Source: Octopus vulgaris (Eukaryota). Taken from it: a DNA stretch of 64,000 nt. The DNA is taken from assembly GCA_951406725.2 (NCBI GenBank), contig OX597814.1:75516001-75580000 (forward strand), in the 5' to 3' direction. Positions 15,001 to 28,500 of the stretch are shown piece by piece (positions within the stretch are counted from its first letter, which is position 1; every line of letters starts with the position of its first letter). A program made the position numbers and the translations under genes. Below the pieces are notes generated by a model. That model was not told the origin of the DNA. It saw only the letters and a program-made list of their open reading frames with translations, and ran no database searches.

Positions 15001-16628
15001 TAGGTTTAAAATAGTCACTGACAAAGGCTTCTACATTGATATCAAAATGTGGATAATAGGTATAGGCATAGCCAAGTGGTCAACAAGCTTACTTAAAAAC
15101 CACAGACTGACCAATCCCTTAAGTGTAATTCGGTAAACGGATATTGTATAGAAGCTTTTCTCTCCCTCTCTCTCTCTCATGTGTGTGTGTGTGTGTGTGT
15201 GTGCCTGTATGTCTGTGGTTAAGAAGTTCACCTCACAATCATGCCACCTTGAGTCTGATTCCATTTTTCATAGTGTCTTGGGCAAGAGTGTTTTGTCATA
15301 GTTTTGGATCAAAGCCTTGTGAATAAAGTCAACTCTTTAGCATTTAATCTGGTCATATCCCCCAGCCCAAATATTCTATCGGTTTTATGTTAAACCTGGC
15401 CAGGTTCAACTTCTCACACCTGCACTGCAATATCACTCAAAAAATATACAAACACAGCATTGAAATCTTGATTAATTTAAAACAATGTGAATAAATAAAC
15501 AATACATTTGACAAAGAAATCTAAATGCTCGAGGGTCAAATAGACAGATATTGTACAGAATCCTATTGCATAGACTAAATACAATTCAAAGTTCCGTGCT
15601 GATTGTGCCTGGAGTTTATGTTAAAAAGAACAAATGTTTGTGGAATAATCAGTCATATACACTATAATTCATTAAGTAACTCAATTGACCAAATATTTGA
15701 AATACTCAATCACTAACACCAACAGAGATCCATTTACCTTTCTAGTTAACTGTGTGTACACCAATTTATAATCTAGTATATCAAGACAATTTATAAAATA
15801 AGTATCAGGCTGACATCAGGCTGTACCCTGGCAGATTGTTTCATTTGTTGACAACTCCTCGGATTAGATGTCAAAGATTAGATGTCAAAGGCTTCCTTCA
15901 GACTGATAGAAATACAAGGCTGGATATGTATTGATTAAAAGTAGTGTCCAGCATGGGTGCAGTAAAAAAAAAAAAAAAAAAAAACATCTACAAGTGTCTG
16001 AATGAACCAACAATGGAACCTGTGTGGTAACTTGACTTGATAGAAATAGCAGCTGTGTTACCTCAAATCACATTCTACTGTATTAAAGAAAGATGAATAC
16101 ATTGAACAATACAGTCCCAATATACACAAAATTACAATATGGTCATAGCTTGAATACTTTTGGTCACATGTATTATTCTGGGGCTAAATAACAAGTATTC
16201 GATTTAACATTTTAAGTGTATAACATGCATTTTGTAAACTCCCTGTTATCCATGATTGTACAGACCTATGCTAACAAGCATTCCAGCATGACCAACCAGT
16301 CATCTTCCAGACATAATGTGCCTACATTAATTAATGTGTTCTTTAAAATATCCAGTTGACTAGCCCTGACTGAACAGCCCAAATTCAAAGATGGTCCAAC
16401 AAAGACCACTTTGTTCTTTCAGACATCATGTATCTAAGATTGCATTCATTTAATGTACCTTCAACCATTCAGGGGAATAAAGTTAATTCAAAAGAGATTT
16501 AGCTGCTATTATGGATCTGTTTCATTTTCTTCCACCTACAAATCTTAATCTGAAAATTTTCAGAATCAGTACTGTTGGCATAGTTTTGCATGCTAATAAT
16601 TGAATATAGCAGTTATTATTTTGGAAAA

Positions 16629-17100
16629 TCTCATCTCATCTCATCTCACTCTATATAAACGGCAGTTTGTCTGTCTGTGTGTCTGTCAGGTTGTACCCTC
16701 ACCCTGACCACGGCTTTCAACCGATTCTGATGAAACTTGAGACACACATAGCCCAATGTCATAATTCGAAACTAACGCAGCGAAAATTTTGAAAAGTTCC
16801 CCCAGTTCTGAAAAAATCGATAAATTCGACATGGGGTCGAGAATCTAACCTTTTTATATGCAACACATTTTCTGGGCTGTACGTGGGCTGTTCAAGCGTT
16901 GGGAGGCACAATGATGTTTTCATGTTTTCGCCCAAAGGGACAGCTAGGAACATTCTATACACAGAAGTATTCGAGTGAAGAGAAGACATTGCAACCTACA
17001 CATGTGCCTTCGTTCCCTAGAGGGAAAGGACTAGATTGGGATTAGTCGTTGTCTACTAGGGGCTCTTACATACCCGGGCAACGCCGGGCTATGCTGCTAG
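16629..17100 (+). mobile_element. Non-autonomous Helitron-type element
   Basis: Begins TC after an A, with (tctca)n then tctatataaa and a (gtct)n tract. Ends with the GC hairpin cccgggcaacgccggg followed by CTAG and then T. No TSD. Confidence 0.8.
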
Positions 17101-19058
17101 TTTATAATAAATTAGAAGCATTTACAGTTCTGTATTTTTAGCTGTACCTTCTTAAGATTGTAATACACTCAAAGATTGGATTTGTTAATCAATTGTCAGG
17201 AACAAGTATTTACAATGACCTGTGGTGTGCATACTTGCATGTTCCTGAGGTACTAGGATACCAATTTCATCATAGAACACCTAACCCTTTCAAAAGATAC
17301 TGCACTACATATCTCAATTTAGTTTAATTTCATAACATTTCATTACACTGTTTTTTGTTTTTAACAGCCTATAAGTCCTTGTTTCATTCTGGCTGTTATT
17401 TCTAGCAGCAGGTCAAAAATATTACTTCATCAGCACTTTCTTTCAATTTCACTTTTTGTTTGTTTGCTTTAGTTAAATTCTTTTTTTTAAAAAAAAACTA
17501 TACAATTTTCAAGATTCCCTTTCTTCAACAATAGTCTGTTTCTTGCCATGGCAATTATGGCTCATTTCATTGGCTAAAAATATATAACTAAATATTTCTA
17601 TCTTGTTAATTATTAAGTTTTCAAAAAAAAATTTTCCATATGCATGGAAAATTTGAAGACAGTCTATTGAGAATTGAAAAATCTTCAAGTGGCTGGAAGA
17701 AAAGGAAAAAGATCCACTATTTCTGCATATTTAGAGGTTCACTCATTGTTTTAATTATTTCACTGTTGTAAGTTAAAGGTGAGAGCGAACAACTGATTTT
17801 AAAAAGGTAAGTAAATAAAATAAGCTAATATCATTAATGTATAAATGTTTGCATCATGATCTAAAACTTTCATAACTTTCAAGCATTCAGAGATCAAAAA
17901 CTGCTATGAAAGGAAAATATTTAAAAAATGCTAATTGCTACTGAATAATCAGTACAAGTTGAGATATTTCAGTTCCAGCTCATTAGAAACTTAGCTTTCA
18001 CAAGCTGTTCCAAATCCTGATAGGCAGTCAGAGTTTCCATCAACTAATAGATATTATTACACTTAGATGTACTTTAAGTTCTCTATCTTTCTTATTACTA
18101 CTGCATTGTTTTGCTTCTTTCTGTTTCTTTTTTTTTAATTAACTAGGTGGAGTAAATACCTACACAGACCCATATTGTTTTTCTTTATATTTATCTCGTT
18201 TCTTGCCTCTGTGTACAAGTGAGTGCGTGAGAGAGAAGGGAGAGTAAGAGGGAGGGGACGAGAGAATTTACACCAACATAGAAACTAGATTAAAAAAACA
18301 AAAGGATTTCCTTAGAGTAATATAGTTCAAAGTATATGATGTAGTAGTGAAGAACTGATTGTTGTTGTTATTATTATTATTATTATTATTATTAATAATA
18401 TTATTAAACTGATGGCCTGATAAAAAGGCTTTTTTTCTTTACATATTCTACTCCTCCTTCTCAACTCTCACTTACAACCAGAACAACATAATCAATTTCA
18501 TTAATTTATCTATTATATAGTTTTATAGTTAAACTGTGGCTAGAATTAATTGTTCCACTCACTATATACACACAAATTTCCTTTTGAACTTTTCAGTACT
18601 ATTTCTCATGAAATCTTACACTATTCAAGAAATATTCATTTGCAATAACATATCCTCCCAGCAACAAGTGTTGTAAGAAAACATCACATAAAACTTGAAC
18701 TTATTAATTTCTAATAAAATACTGCATAGCATTCATATATAATATAGTTGTGTGTGTGTATAAATCTGGGTGTGTATCAAAGGCTTTAAATTTAGAGGTA
18801 TGGTGGCTGGTAAAATGAATGCATAGTAATAGGAGACACTATTTTATAATTTATCTGTTGGTGGCAGTAATATTATTGATTCTTTACATTAGATACATAG
18901 AAAGACATTGAAGGGCAAATATTTCGGAACAATTGAATTGATACCAAGATAATATTGGTACTTAATCTATTGACTAATTAGCTGGATTTTAACTTAGTAC
19001 TATGACTTCTTGAGTTTTTTTTTTTCATATATATATATATAATTCACTGACCTTATAA

Positions 19059-19240
19059 GGCACATGGGTCAGTGGTTAGAACATTGGGCTCACAATCATG
19101 AGGTAGTGAGTTCAATTCCTGGACCAGGCTGTGTGTAGTGTTCTTGAGGACAGTGTTGTTTCTGCATGTACAAACAACCACGATTACATCAAAGAGAACA
19201 GTCATTTAGCTGATTGGCAAAGCTTCATTCATGCATACTC
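19059..19240 (+). mobile_element. tRNA-derived SINE; related minus-strand copy ~59310-59650; other tRNA-SINEs ~15200-15330, 47640-47790, 60890-61207
   Basis: Pol III A-box-like tgggtcagtgg and B-box gagttcaattcc, followed by CORE-like gtgtagtgttcttgag. Confidence 0.7.
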
Positions 19241-20358
19241 TACAACTATAATTTCCAGACACACCAACTCTTCTCTCTGCTTCTTTTATTATTACTGCAA
19301 TGACCTCTGTTTATTTTTTTTTCGGGGGGGGGGGGTGATATTTAATAAATTAACTGCATACCACTTTAATGTGACCCACTTAACACAGCCACCTTAATTT
19401 TTGGGAACAACCATAGCAAATGAAATGACCCAAGTACATTACTGTCTTTATTCTCAGAATTTGAACACATAACATAGAAAGATAAAACTAAATACTAAAA
19501 TACATTTATTCTAACACTTGTTTTTGCCATACCAGTGATATTCATAGGCATATAAAATTGATTTCAAATTTTGGCACAAGCCCAGCAATTCCAGGGAAGG
19601 GGTAAATCATTTACATTGACTCTAGTGCTTGACTGGTACTTACTTTAAAAGCCTTAAAAAGATAAAAGGCAAAGTTGACCTTAACAAAATTTGAACGCTG
19701 AACATAAAGAGGAACGAAATGCCACAAAGCATTTTCCCCAGTGTGCTAACAATCCTGCTAGCTCACCACCTTTCATATGCATATAATATTACCACATATT
19801 TACTTGCAGTCATGGCTTGGGTAGTTCTTATGAATTTAAGATTTTAATCCAATATAATTATTTTGTTCAACCCACGGTTCACCTACCTCTGCTACCTGCT
19901 ATAACTCCTCCCCAAAAACAGAGTATCCACTACAACAAAGAAGTTTACTCAGAACACCATTTTTGTCTACAATGTGTGTCATTCACCTCTGAAGCAAAAT
20001 AATATTTAAAATCCTCCCAAGGTCTGCCAAGCAGCAATAAATGTTAACACCTATTTAGATATGGTTCAATAATCATTTTAAAGCTTACTCATCAGAAATT
20101 AGTTGCTTCTTTTTATTATCAGGAAGCATATTTCTTTAATGAATCGGACATCTAAAAGTTGGTTTTATCATAGTTATTTATTGGCAATTAAACCAAACCA
20201 ATTATGTAGCTAAAGGGAGAGAAAATAACACTTTTCTTTATTGTTGTTTTGAATATTCAACATGTTCAGCTAATTTCATAAGTGACAAAATAATTTTTTA
20301 TACTACACCTATTCCAGTAGAGATGACTGATTTTAGTACATCGTCTCTCACACTTCTA

Positions 20359-21365
20359 GGATCTTTGTGGTTTTCATCACTGTTTACAATTTTGTTCCAA
20401 TTGTTTTCAAATTTGGTGTGTGGATTAAGTTTTGTATACTAATTATGATAATGAAATTCATGTTTCATATATATCCATAATTAATAAGTTATTAGCCTTT
20501 AATTTTGCAAAATTTGGGTATTTTAGCCATTCAGAAGCGAGTATTTTACACATCACCATGGTAAAAAAAAAACTGTTTCCATAGTAACCGAAGATACTGC
20601 ACATGCGCACAAGGAAACGGAAGAGATATGAGAAAGATAATCTATTACAATAATACACGTCTTTTTCTTCATCAGAGTATATGAATGAGAAAGGAAGGGT
20701 GATAGGTGAATAAGGAAAGAAGTGATGGCAAAGTGGTGGGATGGTGAACATTCAACACTGAAAAGAAAAATCAAACAGCATTTCAACTCCAAGTGTGTAT
20801 GTGTGTGCATGTGAATGTATGTGAACACTGACAAGTGTATTAATTTGATTTACCATCCATATTTATATATAAAATACTACAATTAGTTGTCATTTTTTAT
20901 GGCACAGGGCCAGTTAGTTTATTTTATAAAATTCTAGAGTATTACAAACTTTCATTCTTGAATTTTTTTAACTAATAAATGTCTGTTTTAAACAATCTTT
21001 TGACTGTTATTTCTAGCAACTCCTGTGGGTTTGTTTGTTCATAGCTTTTAAATATTTAATTTGCTCGTGGATGTTTTAATGTTAACTTCATTTGTGTATA
21101 TTCTAATATTTTGACAGTTATTTCTAGCAATGTTTTGACATGCCAATGCCTCCCCCACCCTCTGATGATGGAAGAGGCAGTGAATGCACTGTTTTCTGAT
21201 TGGCTGAAAATTATCAAACATTGAACACCTGTAACATTTTTGCAAAATTTTTCTGGAATAAAATGAATAACAAATTCGGATTCAGTGTCAAAAATTACAT
21301 TTATATGATACATTAAATTTTTTTTTAAAGATAATTGTAAACAGTGATGAAAACCACAAAGATCC
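20359..21365. mobile_element. Non-autonomous Merlin-like DNA transposon (MITE)
   Basis: Perfect 33-bp TIR ggatctttgtggttttcatcactgtttacaatt (20359-20391 and 21333-21365) and exact 8-bp TSD cacttcta (20351-58, 21366-73). GG termini with an 8-bp TSD are typical of Merlin. Confidence 0.85.
20575..20588. promoter_or_regulatory. RFX X-box-like motif GTTTCCATAGTAAC (second copy 25187-25200), carried in a transposon
   Basis: Close match to the near-palindromic RFX X-box (GTT.CC-AT-RGYAAC); function not shown. Confidence 0.35.
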
Positions 21366-22114
21366 CACTTCTAAATTTCACCTAGCTTGGTGAATATGCC
21401 ACTGGAATACAGGTAAAGATACAGAGGTGATACCCCTTCAACAATGCTTTGCTTAGTTCACTTAACTTTCAATGACTTATAAGTATATTAAGAATAATTA
21501 ATTTTTCAAATGATGTCTATTTTTCTTTACCCCAACTTTTTCTCTCCAACAAAAGTAATGCTCAGACAAATAGCAGTAACAAGCAATATGGGACTACTCA
21601 AAATTTTAATTGCTGTGATCTATACCTAAATAAGCAGTTTTGTAGATAGCTTGTTGTTTGTTAGTTAGGAATATCAAAGGTTTGATTAAATTTTATTCAT
21701 TATATAAAGATAGCATCTTTTAGAAACTATTGGAAGATCAAAAAATCTGGATAATAAGTAAAAAAAATATCTTGCATGTTATCTCTGCATTAGAACTAAT
21801 ATAATTATAATTCCAAATAACTCATTTTCATATCAGCAGAGGGAAGGATAAATTCACTTCAGACTGACATTGCAGGGATAAAAGAGAAACTCATAATATA
21901 GACAAAAAGCTTCCTGCTGTTTTTGATTATATCAGTGAATTCAAATCCTTAATACCTTAGGCTGATATTGAATATTATTTGATTGATCAAGGTGTGTGTG
22001 TGTGTATCTTGGTTTGCTTGTATATCAGAATTTCCTCCTGATATATTTTTAGCCACGTGAACCTTTCTGACATAACATAAATTCCCTGTCGTTTTATTTA
22101 ACTACCTAACACAC

Positions 22115-22228
22115 CTGTATGTCAAACTGACGTGTACAGAATGTATGTAAATGTCTTCTAAGTCTTCTAATGTGGCTTTTATGGACTGATACAAAGTTCC
22201 AGGTTCCTGATGAATCTGATGGAGAATC
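22115..22228 (-). CDS. Candidate internal exon of an unidentified host gene
   Basis: 114 nt between a pyrimidine-rich acceptor (cttttgttctcgtaaatctccAG) and donor cag|GTgtgt. Open in two frames (DSPSDSSGTWNFVSVHKSHIRRLRRHLHTFCTRQFDIQ or ILHQIHQEPGTLYQSIKATLEDLEDIYIHSVHVSLTY). No homolog recognised. Confidence 0.3.
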
Positions 22229-22565
22229 CTGGAGATTTACGAGAACAAAAGCATGTAAAAATAAGAAGCAACTGTAGTGAATCTGAACTCATATCCACTT
22301 AGCCAGTATGTTTCTTACATGTAAGTACTCAGTTTCAAGTGTACATGTTTGTTTATCACTTTGTATTGATTCTTATGGAAAACATTAACAACATAACTTC
22401 AATCCTTGAAGATTACATATTTTTGCTTTTATAAGAGATATTATTATTGTCGACTTTGCCTTTCATCCTTTCAGAGTTGGTAAAATGTTACCAGTTGAGC
22501 ATTGGGGTTGATGTTATCGACTAGCTCGCTTCCCCCAAATTGTTGACTTTGTGCCAAAATTTGAA

Positions 22566-22597
<32 letters not shown>

Positions 22598-25500
22598 GAT
22601 GCCAAGGTGGAAGAACCATTAACACACAAAACAAGATGCTTAACAACATTTCATCTGTCTTTAATTTCTGAGTTCAAATTTCAAATTCTGCTGAGGTCAA
22701 CTTTACCATTCATCCTTTTGTGGATGACCCAGTTTCAATTCAAAGTTGAAGCAATTTCCATTTCCCATGTGCTGCTAATGTGAAAGACAAGAATATCACA
22801 CTTTTTTTTTTTTTAAATTAGAAACATTTTTTTTTCTATAACTATAACTCTGGGCCTCTACATCTAGTAAGAAAGTGTTTTGAGTTGGAATAATAGTGTT
22901 TTCTTTGCCTGTCATCACTCTAGGGGTTGACTAGTTATTTTAGCCCTGTGCGAGCTCTGATCAAACAAGTTTGTGTTCAAAATAGTTTTGAATTAATCAA
23001 GTATCATCTTGTAGCTTTTCGATGATGTAATTGTTCACCTTTTCTTACATAAAGACACAGGTGTCACTGGTTCCCCACTTTATCTTCTGGTTTGGTGTGA
23101 GAGGGAGTGTAAACCCTTAAATGTGTTTCTTGAGTATGATGCATACTCATCTGGAATAATAAACAGTACACTATCTAAATTTAATCTGAATGTATTCACA
23201 TTTATTCCACACATATCTTTTATGTTTTAAAGGGGGATATTGAACAGCTGAGTTCATTGAAGTTCAAGGATTGGAATGTTTTTATTTCAGTTCACAATTG
23301 AAAGGCTGAACCTTAAAGATTAATGATAGATATCTGGGATTTAATCCATTGTTGCTTGTTGAGTAATACGCACATAAAATGCAGAATCATGATTTTAATT
23401 GCTAGGTTTTACGCAGAATGCATCTGAGATTGCAATCTTCCCAGGACTCTGTATCCATTTTGCAACGTGTTAGAAAGTTGCTAACGAAATGCTCGAAACT
23501 TCTTGGTATATAATTGCATGTCATTATTTCAAGAGTCTCCTTGTAAATTGTATGGGTATTAGACAAAGCCCTGGAAAAGGTCATGGGCAGTGCCCTTCCT
23601 CATCTAAGACATTAGAAAGAAATAGGGCATGACTGTTCTTCTATAGATGTTTTAAAATTCATGTATAAAATCAATTGTAATTCTTATTTATTCCCACTGT
23701 TTTGAATTAATCATGCATTACTTGCAGTTTTGAGATCTTGATGATGTGGCTGTTTATCTTTAGAATGACATTGTATGGTAGAGTACTTCACTATTTACTC
23801 TCATCAGTATACCTCCTTCAGAAATTGAGCTGGTAATTGAAGCTATGTTTGTAAAAGCTAGGGATATATATATTTTAATTACTGTTTTCATTTTTTTTTT
23901 CCTTAATCTTACAATTATTTCATTCAATCAAAAACATTTCATTTGGAGTACTGCAAACTGATGTCATTAATGAAAACTAGATAACAATGAATTACAAAGT
24001 TAAAGATTACAAGCATAAAATAACAGAAAGAAGTCACTAGTGATTTCCTTCTTGTATCTATTATTTGAAGAATTATAGATCCTACAAACTGTCTGATGAT
24101 CACTGACATTGAAAAGTTACAAATAAATTATTTAGTTTACAGGAAAACATGACATATCTCCAACATTGTTATTAAATTTATCAGCTAAACTCTATTTTAG
24201 GCTAAAGGCAATTAATAAGTAGGTTTAAATATCAAAACTGAAAATATATCAAATCTGTATTTTTTTTTTCTCTCAATACAGACAAATATATTAGACCAAA
24301 TGTTTTTTCCCAATTATTTTTTATTACCTGACACCTATATATCATTTTGGAAAACTATCATGTTCATTTTGAAAAACTATCATGTTATTGTAAACTTGAA
24401 ATCCTAAAATCAAAACAAACTATAAATATCTGAAAAGATTGCAGTTTCACTTTATAAAAAAATGGAAAGAACAAACCTATGACTATTCAATTACAAAGAT
24501 ATGTGGGCAAGAATGTGCCTGATAGTTATTTTGAAATCAAATTGCATTAGAAAAAACATCAATCAGCTAAATTTTAAATGCTTTACTTTATTTCAAATAA
24601 ACTTTCCTGATGATAAAGACAATCTAGTTGTAAAACTACAGCAGTACCAAAAAGAAAAAAAATCAATTACTTAACTATCATTTCAATATAAATATTAAAC
24701 CTTCAGTATTCAGATTACTCTATCAAATGTGACGGTTATTCATTAGCACTGCTTTGAATTATCATGCACTACCTTAGAGCTGTAAAATTTTGATGATGCG
24801 ATCATCCATTTCTAGAACAATATTGTAGGGTAGGTGTGAGAGGTCTAATGTGGTCAGCTTGAACATAAAACAGGTAGAATATTTGAGCCTGATATAATGA
24901 GTTTTAAATGCTAAAGGGCTAACCATACCAGGAATTTTAAGTGTAAAATGAGTGAAGTCTTCAATTGTTGCAATCTTAAAATACAGATCTTTTCTGATTG
25001 GCTGCCTCTTTTCAATTTCTGTTCCAATTGATTTCATATTTGGTGTAATGATATAGTCTTGTATGTTAATCATTGACATGAAATTCATTTTTGTCATAAA
25101 TCAGTAAATAAAGAGTTAATAGCTTTTAAAGTTTGCAAATTCTGGGTAATTTTAGCCAACCGCAAGCCACAGGCATATAGATGCTTGTTTCCATAGTAAC
25201 AAGCCAAGTTGTTACCAAGCTGCTTACTTATGTGGTCGTTTAGTGCTTATTAAATGGTGGCTGTGAGATATGCTAAAAATAATCGCTAAATAGGCCTTAA
25301 ATCACACACCAACTTTTTTTTTCTTTTTTGCATAATCATATGAATTCCCATGGGTAGAATACAAATTCACAAAATAAATTTCTGAAAATTCCCCCCAAAA
25401 AATGAAGTTACGAGGGGTAATATGGTGTGCGTAAAGCAGAACTCCACCAATATTTCATTTGTTTACAGTTGACAACACTTGCTGCCATGCACAAAATGAC

Positions 25501-28500
25501 AACTTCCAAATCCTGTTTTCTGACTGAGTAAAAATGATGAACTTTAAACTTCTGTAACTATTTCAAAAAAAATTTCTGGAAAAAGTTAAATATCCCCTGA
25601 GATTCTGCATGAAAAATTACATTGATATACCAAATTTTAAAATTTTCACTAAACTTTGAAATTTCCACAGGTGCAGTCACACAGAAAAGATCTTAAAATA
25701 CAAACATGTTCATTACTGTTTGAAAAATTTCAAAATATTCAAAGTGAAAAAAAAATTGTCAGCTCTTTCTGAACCTAAGGAATTCATCAGGCTGGAATTC
25801 AGCCTCAGTTTGCCTAGGAGCAGTAATAAAATAAAAAAGAAAGTTATGCACCTAAAATTTAACATTTATACTAGGACTAGACTGTACAATTTAAAAGCCA
25901 TTATTACAAATAGCTTATTCTACTTCCAATAAAATCATTAACCAGTATATAATTCAACTTGATTAACAAATTTATTTAATATTCTATATTGTAAATTATG
26001 AATTTAAAGGTTAAAGGTTTCCAGTAGGTCACTTACTGGTTCACTACATTTTAAACAAGAACAACAAATCAGTGTCTGCAAATCAGAGGATTTTGTTTGA
26101 AGAGCACTGGTTTTTCACTAATGTTTACATCATTCATAGAGAAAGGTAGACATTCTTAAAAAGTTTATACCTACCAAATTCTATACAAAAAGTATTGGTC
26201 ACATCATCATCTTTAAAACAGGTATGAAAACCCAGCCAAATGATTAATGCTGCTCTTGGTAAAAATAAAATATATCCTAATCTAAGCAAGCATGGAAAAA
26301 CAGAGAAAAAAAAGGGCAATGTTGGTGGTGATGAAGATCAGGATGGATGATATTTATATATGGATTTCTCTTGATCACTTTATTCATATTAAGTCTCCAT
26401 CTGCCAACCTCCTCTAATCCTCATTACTCTTTCATCAATTACTTACTTCCAATTTTACCAATGTATCTTTCTACTGTCACTCTAGCTCTTTCCCATCATG
26501 CCACCAGTGTAACGAGAGATAGCATTGTATTGGCTCTATTTGCATTCAATCCCAATTTACCACCAACTTTTTCTATTGCTACCCATCATTCTCTCTCCCA
26601 TTACTCCTCTTATTCACACTCTCTTACTATCACTGATCTTCATGGTATCCATTAATCTCTCTCTCTCTCTCTCACATACACACATTACTCTCTCCTTTAC
26701 CACTTGTTGATATCCATAAATCTCACTTTCAGCACTCCCTTTTCCCCATCACATTACTCATATCATTTCTGTTACTCATTACATCCCTCCTCCCTCTCCA
26801 TTTACTCACTTCTCTATCACCTCTTGCTCTAGTTCTATCACTCTCTTGTATCACTCTCACTAGTTCTTTTTCATCCCAATCTTTTAATCTCCTTACCAAC
26901 ACCCATCATGTAACAGTCACTACCTCACTCTTGCTCCAGTAACTCTGGCTCTGTTCTCACTCAGTTGTGTGGTAAAGAAAAAATGGTGAACTCCTTTAAT
27001 TTTGTCAGGGACAAGACAACCACTCTAGTATTGAGATAAAAAAATGCATCCAGTACACACTGTAAAACAATTGAAGATAGGAAAGGAATCCAGTAATAAA
27101 CACCACAACAAAATAAAACATGAAAGCAATCTGTCCAAGAGAGAAGTAATTCTAGATAAGAACAGACTGAAACTTAGAAAACCCATCCAGGTCATGCTAC
27201 ATGCAAAAGAAGATTTAAAATGATGATAATGGTGATGCTAAGATCTAAAAGTTGTCAGCTCCCCAAATCCTTTCTATTAATCTTTACAGTATTTATGAAA
27301 AGCAGAGAGAACCCATAATACTGGTGTTGAATACATTATGTAAACATCCTCATCTTCATATAGAAAGACTTTTGAGGCTTAAAAAAAGAAAGGATTCTAA
27401 ACTAAGTTCATGGAAATGCAGCAGAAGATGTGGCTGGAATATGTACCTTATAGTTTGATATCTTAGATTTTAGAATTTGCATTTTGTTGAATAATTATAT
27501 TATTCATGGTGAATAAAATAAACATCTGTTTATTTTAGTCAAATCATAACACATCTACCTTACAAAAAAAGATGTGTACATATGTGCATGTATGAGTTGC
27601 CCTTCATAAAGAAATCACTAAACAGTTTGCATGAACAAGAGTAGGCCACTTGAATATCAGAACAAATCTTCGTATTCATTCTACCATTTGAAAAAAATAT
27701 AAAAATCAATAACAAGGAATCAATATTTGAAACAAAAATAGCACAACCTTCCCACACCTCTAAACTTGCTCAATGAATCTACTGAAATTAACTTTTGTAG
27801 TTAACCAACAATATTAATTTCTTGCTATTGTATTCCTAAAAGAAAACCCTAAAAAAGAAAATCATACAAAGTATGGATTCCCTACACCATCAACTAACCA
27901 TAGTAGTCTAAGCAAGTTATTACTATATGAAAACTACAACTACAACCTATTTTATCATTTTCCTTTGACTGCTTCCATCAGAGTTACTGAAACATAGCTG
28001 ATTCTTGCTTCAGCATAGTAGAAATTTTTTAAGACATGAATGGTGTTTTATTAATTAAATGTTAATACAAGGTCATATCAAAAGTAGCTTTTAATAGAAA
28101 CAGTTCTACATCATTGAACAATTTTGCTTGTGTTCATGTCATTCCTTTTGGAATCATATAGTTGCAGAGAACCAAATGTTACAAAATAGAAACTTATTAT
28201 AGGATAATTTCACTGGTGGTTCTGATACACAGTAATCATTTTTGATGTTATTTGCCTGATATCAGTTTCTTGTCTACATTACCTGCTTGGTTTTTGAGGT
28301 AGATTAATGTCCAGAATATGTTCTAGCATGAGATGTCTGTATCAGTACTGAATAATATACATTTTATCTGAGGTGTATTGGTTCACAAGCAATTTCTTTA
28401 AATGTCTTTTTAGCTTGTGAACATTTTTTTGTTTTTGAGATTAAATATTTTCCTAAAAAGTAAAAAAATCATAAACGGTAAAGCGTTAACCTTTTTTCTT

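Noticed and set aside
19059-19135. tRNA gene
   Set aside because: A and B boxes are present but there is no proper cloverleaf, and it continues into a SINE body.
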